In this document: one piece after another, positions 40,525 to 52,866 of the stretch
Layout of the letters: the number at the start of each line of letters is the position of its first letter
Position numbering within the stretch: position 1 is the first letter of the stretch
NCBI RefSeq assembly: GCF_018350175.1
Contig: NC_058368.1
Coordinates: 132,496,001-132,560,000 of the forward strand
DNA: 64,000 nucleotides
Origin: Felis catus
Lineage: Eukaryota
Reading direction: 5' to 3'
Made by a program: the position numbers and the translations under genes
The notes under the pieces: model-generated
Database searches by the model: none
What the model was told of the DNA's origin: nothing
What the model saw: the letters and a program-made list of their open reading frames with translations, nothing else

Positions 40525-40884
40525 TCCTCACAGTTTCCTAAGTGCACTAGGCACACTCCAACTTCAGGGCCTTTGCACTTGCTCTTCTCTCTGCCTGGAA
40601 TATTCTTTCCCCAAATATTAGCATGGTTCCTTTCTTATCTGCGTTAGGTCTTTGCTCAATGTCCCTTTCTTAGGGAGTCTATCCAGGAACACCCCATATA
40701 ACACTCCATAGCACTTAACATACTTTTGCCATTAGTACTGACCCCTTTTCCACATTAGAATGTAAACTGCAAAGGCAGAGCTTTTTGGCAGTGTCTCCTT
40801 AGCTAGAACAATGCTAAAACAGTGTCTAGCTATTGTATGGGTTCCATAAATACTCACTGAAGGAATAAAGTATTTCCACTCTAG

Positions 40885-41030
40885 CATAAAATGTCCAGTA
40901 GAACCTTCAATGAAGATGGACACATTCTGTATCTGTGTGGTTCAATATGGTAGCCATTACCTATATGTACGTGAATATACTTGAAATGTAACTAGTGAAA
41001 ATGAGGAACCAAATTTTGTATTTTATTTGA
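40885..41030. mobile_element. MER3-like DNA transposon relic
   Basis: tgtccagtagaac...caatatggtagccatta...cttgaaatgtaactagtg. Confidence 0.55.
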
Positions 41031-41219
41031 TTTTTAAATAATTTATGATTATGATTATGATTTTGACAGAGTGAAAGAGAGAGAGAGAATTAATCTTCAG
41101 CAGGCTCCATGTTCAGTGTGGAGTCGGGCACAGGGCTCAATCCCATGAAACACGAGATCATGACCTGAGCTGAAAATCAAGAGTCAGATGCCTAACCAAC
41201 TGAGCCACCCAGGAGCCCC
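41030..41219 (-). mobile_element. CAN-SINE
   Basis: tgagccacccaggagcccc head. Confidence 0.75.
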
Positions 41220-41825
41220 TAAGAGCAACCTTTCTTAATGCAAATCTGATTATGTTATTTCTATGCTAATTCTTCAGCGGCTCATCACTGCCCTTATAAT
41301 CAAGTCCAACCTCTTTAACAGAGCTAATAATACCTCCATGATTTGGCCCTTAACTCTCCAACATTTTTTTCTTGCCCTGTCCCATCCAATACTCAAAGAT
41401 TCAAGTGTAGTGAACTGAGTTGTTCTATATTATGTCCAATTCTCACTTCCAGGCATTTTAACACGTGCTTCCCTCTCTGGGACAACTCACTCCCCACCAC
41501 ACTCTTCTCCCTGACTAAATTTCTTCAAGTCTCAGTTTAGACACAACATATTCCAGATAGCCTTCCCTGAGGCAGCTAAATTATTGCCACTCTTATGCAT
41601 TACTAAGGCATCCTGTACTTCCCCTACAAAATAGTTACTACATTTGAAAATGTCTCTCTTCCATGATGGATTATAAACTCTATGAAGATAGAGACTTTTT
41701 ATAAAACTTGTTTTCAGTGACTAGTGTAGTACTAGCACAATGTAATTGCCCAATAAATTAAAAAAATGAAAAGGTGAGAAGTACAAAGGGTAAGAAAGTA
41801 CAGAAGGAAGAAAAAAATTCCATAC

Positions 41826-42008
41826 ATGTTCTGTGTGGGCCATTCCAATTCCATCTTCCACTATTTGTTCTCCTCCTTCAATGTGCTGAACAATTCCAAC
41901 TAATTTTCTGGAATAATCTGAGATTTCCTCAGTGAAGGTCCGTATACAGTGAGCCATATCTAAAATTGATGCTCGGATCTGGTTAGCTTCTGGTTCCAAT
42001 ACTGAATG
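41826..42008 (-). CDS. TRIM23: TRIM23 exon 5
   Basis: HSVLEPEANQIRASILDMAHCIRTFTEE...GMAHTEH; ttttag / gtatgg. Confidence 0.95.
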
Positions 42009-42571
42009 CTAAAATGCAACACAATTATAGAAAAGAACTCATGGTACTGACTAACAATATAAAATGCTATTTAAATCACTCCTATAATAATAAGAAAAAG
42101 CATCAGTCTCAAGTGGCTTTTATAACACATTTACAAAAGCACAAGATAGTAAACACTAATGTATATTCATCACAAAACTATTTATCCTTCAAAGAAATAA
42201 TTTAAAATTTGGGAGTCCATTTATTGTTAAATAAGAATCCAAGAGACTCACTTTATGATTTTACCACAAACATCAGTTCATCAAAAGACTTAAGTACTGT
42301 CAAAACAATCCAGTTCATTAAGAAAACATGCACACAGAGAACTTTTGTTTCCTGCTGGAAAGCTATTTTTCAATGAAGAAAGAATCATGAGGCTTCTGAA
42401 ATTTTTGTTATGACATTCAGAAATTGAATCTCTCATTTCTTTCATGCTACCAAGCTCAACTCATTCATCACTGAACTCTTCTTCAATCCCTACTTGGCAT
42501 AAAGTAGTCAATGGAAACAAATGGTAGGCTGATAAACCAGGTAGAGTCATCCAGTCTAATTATAATCATAC

Positions 42572-42850
42572 CTTGTGACCTTGGTGTTTTCCATACTCTT
42601 TGCAGACACAGCACATAAGTGGACTAGTCTGACAGCCTTCTTCCAAGCAAACAAACTCAATGGCGTGTACCTGATGCTGACAGCACATGGTTTTCTCATG
42701 AGGTTTGTCAGCCAGAGGCACTCGTCTGTGCTTTGCTAATGTCTTCGTAGAATGAGTAACTTGAGAACATTCTGAGCACAAGTGAGTTGCACACACAGTG
42801 CAATATACAGACGCAACGTGAGCTTCATCTTCATCACAACGAATGATACT
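42572..42850 (-). CDS. TRIM23: TRIM23 exon 4, B-box domains
   Basis: SIIRCDEDEAHVASVYCTVCATHLCSECS...CCVCKEYGKHQGHK; 279 nt; atcag / gtatga. Confidence 0.96.
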
Positions 42851-43059
42851 CTGATAAACAAAAAATTAATGTCTTCAAATTGAACCTCCATCATTACAAC
42901 ATGATAAATTTTAAAATATAAAAGCCCATAATCCTTCCTTTTTTCCCCCATAATCTTTTCTTAACTGACCAGGCTTTACATGTGAAAATATACTGGCAAT
43001 TAAGTAAAAAGGTCGTTTACTACTCACCTAAGAAAGTATTCATTTTGTTTTCTGAGGGT

Positions 43060-43272
43060 TTTTTTTAATAGTTTATTTATCCGAGAGAGAGTGCCCTTGC
43101 ATGTGCACACAATCAGGGAAGAGACAGAAAGAGAGGGAGAGAGAATCTTAAGCAGGTTTCACGCTATCGGTGCAGAGCACTATCCAGGGCTCAATCTCAC
43201 GTACCTTGGGATCATGACCTGAGCCAAAATCAAGAGTCTGACACATAACCAACTGAGTCACTCAGACACTCC
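43060..43272 (-). mobile_element. CAN-SINE
   Basis: TSD aaagtattcattt. Confidence 0.8.
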
Positions 43273-45064
43273 AAAAGTATTCATTTCTATAGGTAAGTGA
43301 GAAGCTATTTCCAAAACTTATTATCAATCCATGCTATGAATTTGGGGCCAAAAAGAGAACTATCCTCATAGATTTACAGTCAGTGTAAAGATATCTTCTA
43401 TGAAATCCCTTCAGCTTATACGCAAGAAACTGAAAACTAGAGGCTAGAAATCTCTTTTTTAGAAATCTTTTAAGACTAAAAAAGAAAGTTGATAATAAAT
43501 ACATCCCCACTGCTTTAGTTTTCAATTTTATTAAAGATTTTATTTTGCAGTAATCTCTATACCCTATATGGCACTAGAACTTACCACAACCCTGACAACA
43601 ACAGTGGCATGCTTCACCAAGTGAACCAGCCAGGCTCCCCCACCACTACTTTAAATACCACTTATCATGGTGATGTGGCAGAAGAAGAGAAGTGTGAAGG
43701 CTACTGTGAGAACCAGATGTGTGCATAAGAATCAGATGCAAAGCTTTTAAAAACACAGATGCTCAGACTCTAACCTATGAAATTCCAATAGGTTATAGAT
43801 GAAGCCTAATCAGTGTATTTTTTTCTAAAACTCCATAGGTGAGTTCACTGTATAATCCAGGCTGAAAAAGCACTGATTTAAGCTAGTTTAAAGAAAAAAT
43901 AAAAATCCTATGTTATATATAAGCTCTTAAATATTATTTCTAATTTTCATGAATTACTAAAAAAGCATTTCAACTTGAAAAACTTTATATAACAGATAAT
44001 CAAGAATGTTTTGAAAACTTATGATGAATATTAAAAGGCCTAATTGGAAAGGGAGCAATCTGGCATAAATTATTCCAGAAATAAAAATTAGAAAAAACAC
44101 CAATGGTATCATTAATTATCATATTAAATTTTAAAATGAACCCAAAGTTCAACAAGTAAAATAAAAAATACATGTCTTCTATTTTTCAGACATGATTAAT
44201 ATTTACAAGGACAACATTAGGTAATATTCTAATGTCTTTTGAAAGATAAAAGATATAGCATGTGAAGGAACTGCAAAACTTTTAGGAAACAGTGCTCTGG
44301 TTTGAAATTCACTTCAGTGATTCACTTTATATAAAGAAATCATGATCTAATAGAAGAAAAGTAGAAATCAATCTGACATTTGTTTCCTTGATTCTAAACC
44401 TGTGGTTTTAAAGTTGACCACTGAAATCATTAACTGTTATTTACTACAACTATTCTTATATCTAGTACAGTATATGAGCTATGCATATAATTAAGTGTAA
44501 AAAATGTATTTTAACCTGTGTTAATGGGCAGCATCCTAATATTTACTGGATGACCAGCCTGTTGGATAGAGTATACTTACACATTTAAACTTTTCATGAA
44601 GATATTTATAGTATTAATTCCCTCAAGAGCTACTGCTATCTTTAAGGCATTTGGCCTCTACACTAAATGGCCTCTTTGATGGAGTTTCTCTTTCTTTCTT
44701 TGCACCATACTGTTTATTGTTGATTCACTTTTGCATCCTCTTGTTTAATGTAGCTTCCACTTCTTTTTACTTTTCCATAACCTTCTAACTCTTGACTTTA
44801 TCCTTGGATAGAACTGAATTATAATAAGGAGGTAAGTTTATACATAAAATATACTTTGGGTATAGTATTTTCAGTGAATTCAAGTTTAAGTTTTACTTTC
44901 TATTCAGTTGGGAATATTATTTCCTATAAAACTGTAATGTAATGAAAAGTTGTGTTTCTGGATTCCTATCTGCCGAAGCAAGTGAGGTAAGATTATACTT
45001 ATATTTTAAAATAAAAGAAAAAATTCAGGCTCATAATAAATATTTTAATAAATTCAATCAATAC

Positions 45065-45186
45065 CTCTCCAGATATCCCAATGGCTTCTTCTGCAACTCC
45101 ATATTGGCCAATATGTCCATTCTGTAGTCGTTCCAAAAGCTCCAATAAAGCAAAATTTTTTTTCAATCCCCAAACACCTGAATCTC
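45065..45186 (-). CDS. TRIM23: TRIM23 exon 3
   Basis: (G)DSGVWGLKKNFALLELLERLQNGHIGQYGVAEEAIGISGE; ttttag / gtattg. Confidence 0.95.
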
Positions 45187-45389
45187 CTAAAACAAATATA
45201 AAAATAAAAACTAAATCTAATAAAATGGAATATTAATCATTTCACCTCATACCTAATAGTAATTTATCATATATTTATTAATATCATTAATAATGTCTAA
45301 ATTTTCAAAATTCAAATTTTCCCTAATTTCTTTTTATTGCTAGAACTATTGTCTTGATAAAAATTCTCTTTAAAAAAACAGAAACTCCT

Positions 45390-45801
45390 GGGGCACCTGG
45401 GTGACTCAGTCAACTAAGCATACCACTCGATTTCAGTTCAGGTCGTGATCTCATGGTTTGTGAGATCCAGCCCCAAGTAGGGTTCTATAGCGATGGCAGA
45501 GAACTTGCTTAGGATTCTCTCCTTCCCTCTCCTCTGCTCTCCCCTACTCATGCTCTTTCTCTCAAAATAAATAAACATTAAAAGAAAACTTGAGCATTCT
45601 TTTTTTTTTTTTAAGTTTATTTATTTATTTTTAACAGAGACAGAGAGAGTGCAGGTGAGCAAGGACGGGAGGAGCAGAGACAGGGAGAGAATCCCAAGCA
45701 GTCTCTGTGCTGTCAGCTCAATCCCACAAAATGTGAGATCATGACCTGAGCTGAAATCAAGAGTGGGATGCTTAACTCTTGTTAAGTCACCCAGGCGCCC
45801 C
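45390..45801. mobile_element. Tail-to-tail inverted CAN-SINE pair
   Basis: About 45390-45585 (+) and 45600-45801 (-). Confidence 0.8.
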
Positions 45802-46458
45802 AACTCTTCAGCATTCTCAGTAAAAACATAAAGTTCTACTATTTTTCTTTATACTTTTTAAAAACTATTGTCACTGACTTTTACTGCATATATTAAAACA
45901 AGTGCTTTAAAATACTTTTTACAGCAACCTCCAGTAAGAAATACATTTTCCCTTTCAACACAGGATAACCTACATATATGTATATATGTATGTATATGTA
46001 TGTATGTACACATACGCATACTTACTTATATATATATATTTACTTGTAAATACTTAGATATATGTTTACTAATATATATTTATATATGCATGGTTTTAAA
46101 AATATGTTCATATATAATATACACATCTGAAAGAAAAGTTTCACACACCAATATTCACCTTCAGAGTGCAACACACATTTTTTTTCCATTTCTTCTTTAA
46201 AAAAGCATGTTCACAACCAATTAAATTGATTTCATAACTAAAAATTAGCTATGATTTGTGTTTGAAAACCACTGTATGAAATATACACTTAGCTAAAATA
46301 ACTCCTCTAAGTAAACTAGAACTAGAACAAGTGAAGATAATCCTTTTCCATATATCTCTTCTAACCTAGAACCCTACAGTAATCAATGACTACACAAACT
46401 CCTTTTCACACAAATAAACCAAACAATTCTCAATCTTAAATACAATATATTTTCCTAC

Positions 46459-46621
46459 CTAGATCTGTTACTTGTCGATCAAAAGGGCAACGGATTGCTC
46501 TTCCATGAAGAGGCAGGCGGGTAAGACAGTCATGACAGACTGTGTGGCCACAAAGCAGAAGGCGAGGAACTTTGTCTCCTTGCAAAGAAAAGACATCTTC
46601 ACAAACTCCACACTCCAGCAC
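46459..46621 (-). CDS. TRIM23: TRIM23 exon 2, RING finger
   Basis: VLECGVCEDVFSLQGDKVPRLLLCGHTVCHDCL...IRCPFDRQVTDL; AG/GT boundaries. Confidence 0.96.
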
Positions 46622-47915
46622 CTAATAATTGGCATGGGAACATGGGCTCTTTAAATGATCTTAAAAGCATACATACTTCAGGCCAAAAAAAAAACTTGAT
46701 CGAACATATTAAATCAATCTTTCTAAGTCACTTTATTTCTCCATGAAAAAAAACAGTCTAGATTGTAAAACCTTAAATCACCTTTTTATCATATCATCTG
46801 ACAGACCCTACCAAAACTATATCATAGTGAAATCTCCTTGAAATGTCAAGTGTTAGGGACAAAAATAATGTAAATATCATCTTTATCTTTTGAAAATTAT
46901 GACTTGATTCATTATATCAGAATCTGTACACTATATAATTCTACCGAAGTTGCATTCTTAAGCAATTTCTCCGAAATTACCCCCCAAAAATCATCATTAA
47001 TTTTAACAAAAATAATCTGAAATATGTACTAGGGTGACATTTAACCCTTGTAAATAATAAAGAACCTGTTCAGAAAAGACTATAAGTAACTTTCAAGTGT
47101 CTTCTAGTGTTTATATTATATAATGTAAAGACAAGAAATCAGCTAAGACTTAAATTTCAATTCCTTGTTCTCAATTAATAAATAATTCCTCTCGGTTAGA
47201 AAATATTTTGTCTATATAGTTCCAATTACAGGCACATGACTTGCCCAAGGCCATGCAGTCAAAGGAAAGGCAACAAAAATCAGCATGATTCCCAAGCACA
47301 TGAGTGCTTTTAGAATTAAGTCAACAACCTATATTTTTATTAATGAAGTACTGTTAGTACTGTTACTTCCAAATATAGCTGAAATGTTTCAGAATTTTAT
47401 TTTTTTTTAATACCCACATTGAACAATTATGCCACAAACTCTTATGTCTGTCATCCATGACCTACTACAATCTGTCCTCTGTCCTACTGCTTTATTGCAA
47501 CCCCCTTCAGACTCTATTCTCAAACTATATGAAACAATTTGTAGTTCCTAGAACAGGATAAACTGTTTTTGCCTCCTTCTTTATGCTGATGCTGAGGAAA
47601 TAGCTAAAGAGACATTTTTCTTGTGGATTCTCTTTTTAACATTAGTAAACTAACAAATTTCTAAACAACTATATCTCTCAGCCTACCCACACAGGTCAGT
47701 CCAACTGAAATGAGCACACTATCCCTTGGGCCATCATGCACCATGGATAAGTGTTTAATCTTAACACCCCAGAGCACTTTAATTCCCTTACTGGCTTTCC
47801 AGCCTGTCTTTCCCTGTTAGACCAAAAAGCCCCCAGAAACAGGGCATTCCAAACAACCAACCACTAGTGTGCTTATATAAATAAAATCTGACAAAATAAC
47901 AGTTTTTAAAAAGAG

Positions 47916-48108
47916 GGGAGGCACCTAGGTGACTCAGTAGGTTAAACATCCAACTTTGGCTCAGGTCACCATTTCATGGTTCTTGAGTTCAAACCCTGCA
48001 GCAGGCTCTGCACTAACAGTGCAGGGACTCACTCACTCACACACTCTCTCTCTCTCTCTGTTCCTCCCCCATTTGCACTTTCTCTCAAAATAAATAAACT
48101 TAAAAAAA
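47916..48108 (+). mobile_element. CAN-SINE
   Basis: SINE head, CT tract, A tail. Confidence 0.8.
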
Positions 48109-48512
48109 ATTGTTTTAAACAGTTCAGCCCAACCACCATCCCCCAACAAGTAAATAATGCAAGACAAAAACCAGAAAATGCTTAGTGGAAATCACACTTA
48201 ATATATTAAAAATATTAGCTCTGTAATTAATTTGGACTTAGTGCATGAAATACAAACATTTTTCACTGTAAATTCATAACTTCTAATTGGCTTGCATCCC
48301 AGTATGGTTCAAGACAGTCTTAAATGTAATACATAGTTCACAGAAAAAGACATGAAAACAACTCTTTAAATACATGAAAAGATGTCCAATCTCACTCAAA
48401 AAACTTTGAAATGCAATTAAACCTACACCAATATACTGTTTTCAGTTTTCAGATTAGATCAAACAGGTCAATAACTCTTTGTTGTGCTGGTGAAAGTGTG
48501 GGAAAGCAGGTA

Positions 48513-48515
<3 letters not shown>

Positions 48516-48546
<31 letters not shown>

Positions 48547-48631
48547 GAGTGCACCAGCAGGGGAGAGGAGCAGAGGGAGAGAGAAAGATAGGGGGAAAGG
48601 AGGGAGCGAGAGTGAGAGCTAGAGCAAGAGT

Positions 48632-48663
<32 letters not shown>

Positions 48664-48792
48664 GAATATCTCAAACAGGCTTCACACCCAACACAAAGCC
48701 CAACATGGGGCTGGATCCCATGATCCTTGGATCATGACCTGAGCCAAAATCAAGAGTCGGATGTTCAACCAACTGAGCCACCCAGGCACCCC
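48516..48792 (-). mobile_element. CAN-SINE with long T tract
   Basis: actgagccacccaggcacccc head; expanded GA tract. Confidence 0.82.
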
Positions 48793-49301
48793 TACATGGT
48801 TTAGTAATTCTATTTCCAGGAATTTATCCTACAAATATATTACACATGTGTGAAGCAGTCTCTATGTTATTCCTTATAGCACCATTTGCATTTGCAAAAG
48901 ATTGGAAACAAAGTAAATATGTACCAGTACAGACTAGAAAATATAGTATATTCATGTACTGCAAACTATGCAGTCTATGGAGAAAGAGGAAGTTTTCTAT
49001 GTACACAAACAGAATGATTTCACACAAATAAAACAAAGTGAAAAATGATACATAGAATACATAGCTTTTGCATTAAACTGAGGAGTGAAAGAGCATATAT
49101 TTATATATATGTTTTTATACAGGCATACTAACTTTCTAGCAGACTATAAAGGAAATTAATTACACTGGAATAGTGGTTCCCTATGAGGAAGGGAAATAGC
49201 TAGAAACAGTTACACATAAATTATGTTATATATACAAACTTAAATTTAACCTACGTTTTTAAAAAAGGCAGGAAAGAATTTTTATTTAAACATCCTCACT
49301 T

Positions 49302-49522
49302 AGGGGCGCCTGGGTGGCTCAGTCAGTTGAGCGTCCGACTTCCGCCCAGGTCATGATCTCACAGTTCGTGAGTTCGAGTCCCACATCAGGCTCTGTGCTG
49401 ACAGCTCAGAGCCTGGAGCCTGCTTCAGATTCTGTGTCTTCCTCTCTCTCTGCCCCATCCCCACTCATGCTCTGCCTCTCTCTGTCTTAAAAATAAATAA
49501 AACATTAAAAAAAATTTTTTTA
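49302..49522 (+). mobile_element. Felid-type CAN-SINE
   Basis: TSD aaacatcctcactta. Confidence 0.88.
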
Positions 49523-50372
49523 AACATCCTCACTTAAATATCAAATTCAATCAAATACAGAAAAGATACAACACAATTAGATGTAAAACAAATGCAACAT
49601 TTTTAATAGATGTTCTTGCTATTCTAACATAAACTTATTTATGACCATATACTCCAAAGAATCAAATTAAATTTTACTTAGTCCATTCATACCTTGTATC
49701 TGTGACCCCATAATTATAGAAGATAAAAAAAACTTAAGTTGCTACCACAGGTTTTTTCAAAAAGCACTAGCAACATACAACTGATTTATAAACCAAACAT
49801 GGGTCCAAAAATAAAGTTATTAGATTATTTCACATCAACTCAGTTAACAATAGAGTAAGACATTCTTTCTTCAGTATTTATCATTAGGAAGTGTGGCTAA
49901 CAGCCCAAGAAATTAAATCCTAGATAAGAGAAAAGCTCTTAATTCTATAAACTTCACAAATATGCCAAGGAGAGCTACAAACTTATCACATGTAAATAAA
50001 ACTTTAATAAACCAGACCATATTTTAAAAGTGCTAAGGAGACTCACTCTTCAAAAGAAACTTTCCTGATTCCTTTTTCCTTTTTCAATGTGAATTTCAGA
50101 ATGTTAGATTTTTGTCTTTTTCTAGTGAAAAAACCATGTCACTCTCAGCTTGTTCATTAAATAGGTCATTTTACGTATTAGCATTATATACTTCAACTTT
50201 CACCTTCCAATGAATAATTTCTGCTTTCATCTATGAAAATGACAATGAGTTTGTTTTTGTTTTTTAAATTTATGCCACCATACTGCCTACAAATTACAGC
50301 ATAAGGATCTTGCCAAAAAAGACTATCCTACCGCACAGCTCAGGCACATTTTACATATAAAGACAAAAATGT

Positions 50373-50553
50373 GGGGTGCCTGGGTGGCCCAGGCAGTTGA
50401 GTGCCTGACTTCAGGTCGGGTCATGATCTCAGTTTGTGAGTTCGAGCCTACCAGGCCTCGCTGTGCAGCCCGCTTCAGATCCTCTGTTTCCCTCTCTCTA
50501 TGCCCCATCCCACTCACGCTCTCTCAAAAAAATGAATGAACGTTTAAAAAAAA
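50373..50553 (+). mobile_element. CAN-SINE
   Basis: ggggtgcctgggtggc head; A tail. Confidence 0.8.
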
Positions 50554-51967
50554 AGATAAAGATGAACGAAGTGAAGCTCTAACATATTAAACTCTGTACT
50601 GTAATAAAATTGAATTATATCAGACTTTAGTATATTTTTGAGATTTTAAGGCAACTAAGGGTAACAAAGATAGATACAGCAATAATATCCATTCTAATTA
50701 CAACTTACTGACTCAAGTTAATTCACAAAATTATCTTTAGGAATTCTCTACTTAGATAAAGCACAAATCAATAAATGCTCAACCATACAACATGCCTAAC
50801 AGGGCTCCCTCTGTATCTCAGATACGCCATGTACCTTCAGAATAACTTCACTGATATATAAAGGTCAGATGAATCAAAAGCCACCAACACTGATTGATAA
50901 TATACTTGTAAGCAGAAATATATCATTTGTTGTCATCTAAACCCAACATTAGGTGCCTATTATCCAAGATCTTAAAAGAACTTCAGATATTATCTGGTAT
51001 AGTAGTTCTCAACTCTAGCTGCACATTAAAATCAATTCTGGAATTGTAAAAAAATATACTTATGTCAGGTTAATCAGAACTGGAGGAGGAAGTGTGCATA
51101 ACTAGGGTATTTTTTTTTAATCCTGTTATTCTAATATGTAACCAGTAATGAGAAATACCAATAACTGAGATTATAATAATCCTGAAAGTCTTCTACAAAC
51201 GACTGAGATCAGTTCTCCCTTCCAAATCTTTCCATGACTATATAGTGAAGGGGAAACGTGAATCCCACGTATTTCAATTGATGTTTTAGCAAATGCATTT
51301 TGAAGCACTCAAGCATGGTAGAATTTCAAACCTCAAACCATAGGCAATTGGTATACCTTAACGTTATTGCCCAACCATGCTGCTGCTGGGAGACTTCTCA
51401 AGTGTTGAAAGACTGTACTACCAAGAGAGGAGGGGGCAGATCAACCACTAATACACACCTAGAATTAGTGTGATGATGAAAACCAGACTTTAAAGGCAGT
51501 CAACCCTGGCTCACTGTGTTAACCCAAACCTGAGTTTCCTCACCTGCAAAACGGTAATGATCATATACTTCATAGGTAGATTATTAACGAGCTACAATAC
51601 TTAACATAGTACCTAGCGATAATAATGGTTCAGTTTAGTAAAAATAAGCTAATGCCTGTTGAACTTAACCAAAAGCAGAGGATCTAGGGAAAAGACCGGC
51701 CGAAGTCAGTCTCACAGGCCCATACGATCATCTTCACAAATTTACCCATCGGCGATGTCAAGTAAAGAACTGGTATTAACAGAAGACCAGGCAACTTCAC
51801 GCCCGCAAAGAGAAAAGATCGCGGAGTGGGGAACAAGGCATGTAAAGCCGAGAGGGACGCAAAGGCCGCGCATCCTGCCCGAAGACGGCCGGGGCGCCGC
51901 CGCCAGAACTCAGGGATAAACCGAAGGGAGGCCGAAGGTGGAGAACGGAGCACGCAAAGTCCCTCAC

Positions 51968-52048
51968 CTTCACCACGGCCGTACCCCGGCTGCCCTGACG
52001 GCCACTGTCTAGTCCCGCTCCAGGCTTGTTTACAACCAGGGTAGCCAT
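51968..52048 (-). CDS. TRIM23: TRIM23 (ARD1) coding exon 1
   Basis: aggATGg start; MATLVVNKPGAGLDSGRQGSRGTAVVK; gtgagg donor; lies in CpG island. Confidence 0.95.
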
Positions 52049-52410
52049 CCTAGGAGGAGCGGTGCCGCAGGAGCAGCCGTCACCGCCTTCAACTAAGGGG
52101 CGGGGTAGGACCATCTACCCAGAGGCCTCGGCGCTCGCCGCTACCGCACAGGCGCAGTACGACGCCGGGCACGGCTGGGTTGACCTCAGAGCTCCTCCTC
52201 CTGTCAGTCCCTAGCTCTTGGGAAGCCGTTCCCTGTGTATGAACGCTTTGATGTTTTTATTGCTGTTATTTAGGAGACTGAAGTATGGAAGGAATAAAAT
52301 TAAAGAAAGAAAAAAGAAAGCATAAAACAAGAAGTAAAATTTTGGAGTGAAACTCCTGTTTTAGAAACGATCGCTTCCTAATTGCAGAATAGACGTGAGG
52401 ACTTCGGGAG

Positions 52411-52466
52411 ACTACATCTCCCTGCATGCAGTGCGGTTTTTGTTTAAACTACAAATCCCAGGATGC
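52411..52466 (+). promoter_or_regulatory. Two tandem ZNF143/SBS (ACTACA..TCCC) motifs
   Basis: ACTACATCTCCCTGCATGCA (52411-52430) and ACTACAAATCCCAGGATGC (52448-52466) resemble the ACTACAnnTCCCAnnATGC consensus typical of bidirectional promoters. Confidence 0.75.
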
Positions 52467-52820
52467 CACACTAGGTTTTTTTGTGTTTTTTTTTTTTTTT
52501 CCCCCTCTACTCCGCCATGTAGTTATCTGTGGGGCTATGTACTGTCAGCGAGGAGTGGTTTCTGGAAGACGTTATGTGTGATTTGTGGCTGGAAAACAGA
52601 AGTATTTTATGTATAAATCGCTAAGAAATAAGAGATGGCTTTGGTGAAAAGAAGCCGTTGAGTCCCTAAAGGACGTCGTAAGAAGAGAATTTAAGGCACT
52701 ACCAGCAGAAACTGTTGGGAGTGCATTCGATCTTCCCGAACGTACGCTTTACTGTTTTCTTCCGGGCTGCTTTGAACCTACCCAGCTGCCGTAGGCAGTG
52801 GGTCGAAAGTGCCGTTCAAA

Positions 52821-52866
52821 ATGGAAGTGAATCCCCCCAAACAGGAGCACCTGCTGGCCCTGAAAG
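52821..52866 (+). CDS. TRAPPC13: TRAPPC13 coding exon 1
   Basis: aaaATGg; MEVNPPKQEHLLALK then G|gtaaac donor; recognised TRAPPC13 N-terminus. Confidence 0.93.

Larger units (their letters stand above)
39170..40870. mobile_element. Degenerate L2 hosting a SINE and the U6/L1 chimera
   Basis: cttcagggcctttgcacttgct...tgcctggaat, tagaatgtaaact, ataaatactcactgaaggaat motifs. Confidence 0.55.

Noticed and set aside
51659..52214. Several overlapping ORFs near the TRIM23 start
   Set aside because: Expected in a CpG island; only the TRIM23 exon 1 frame is recognisable.
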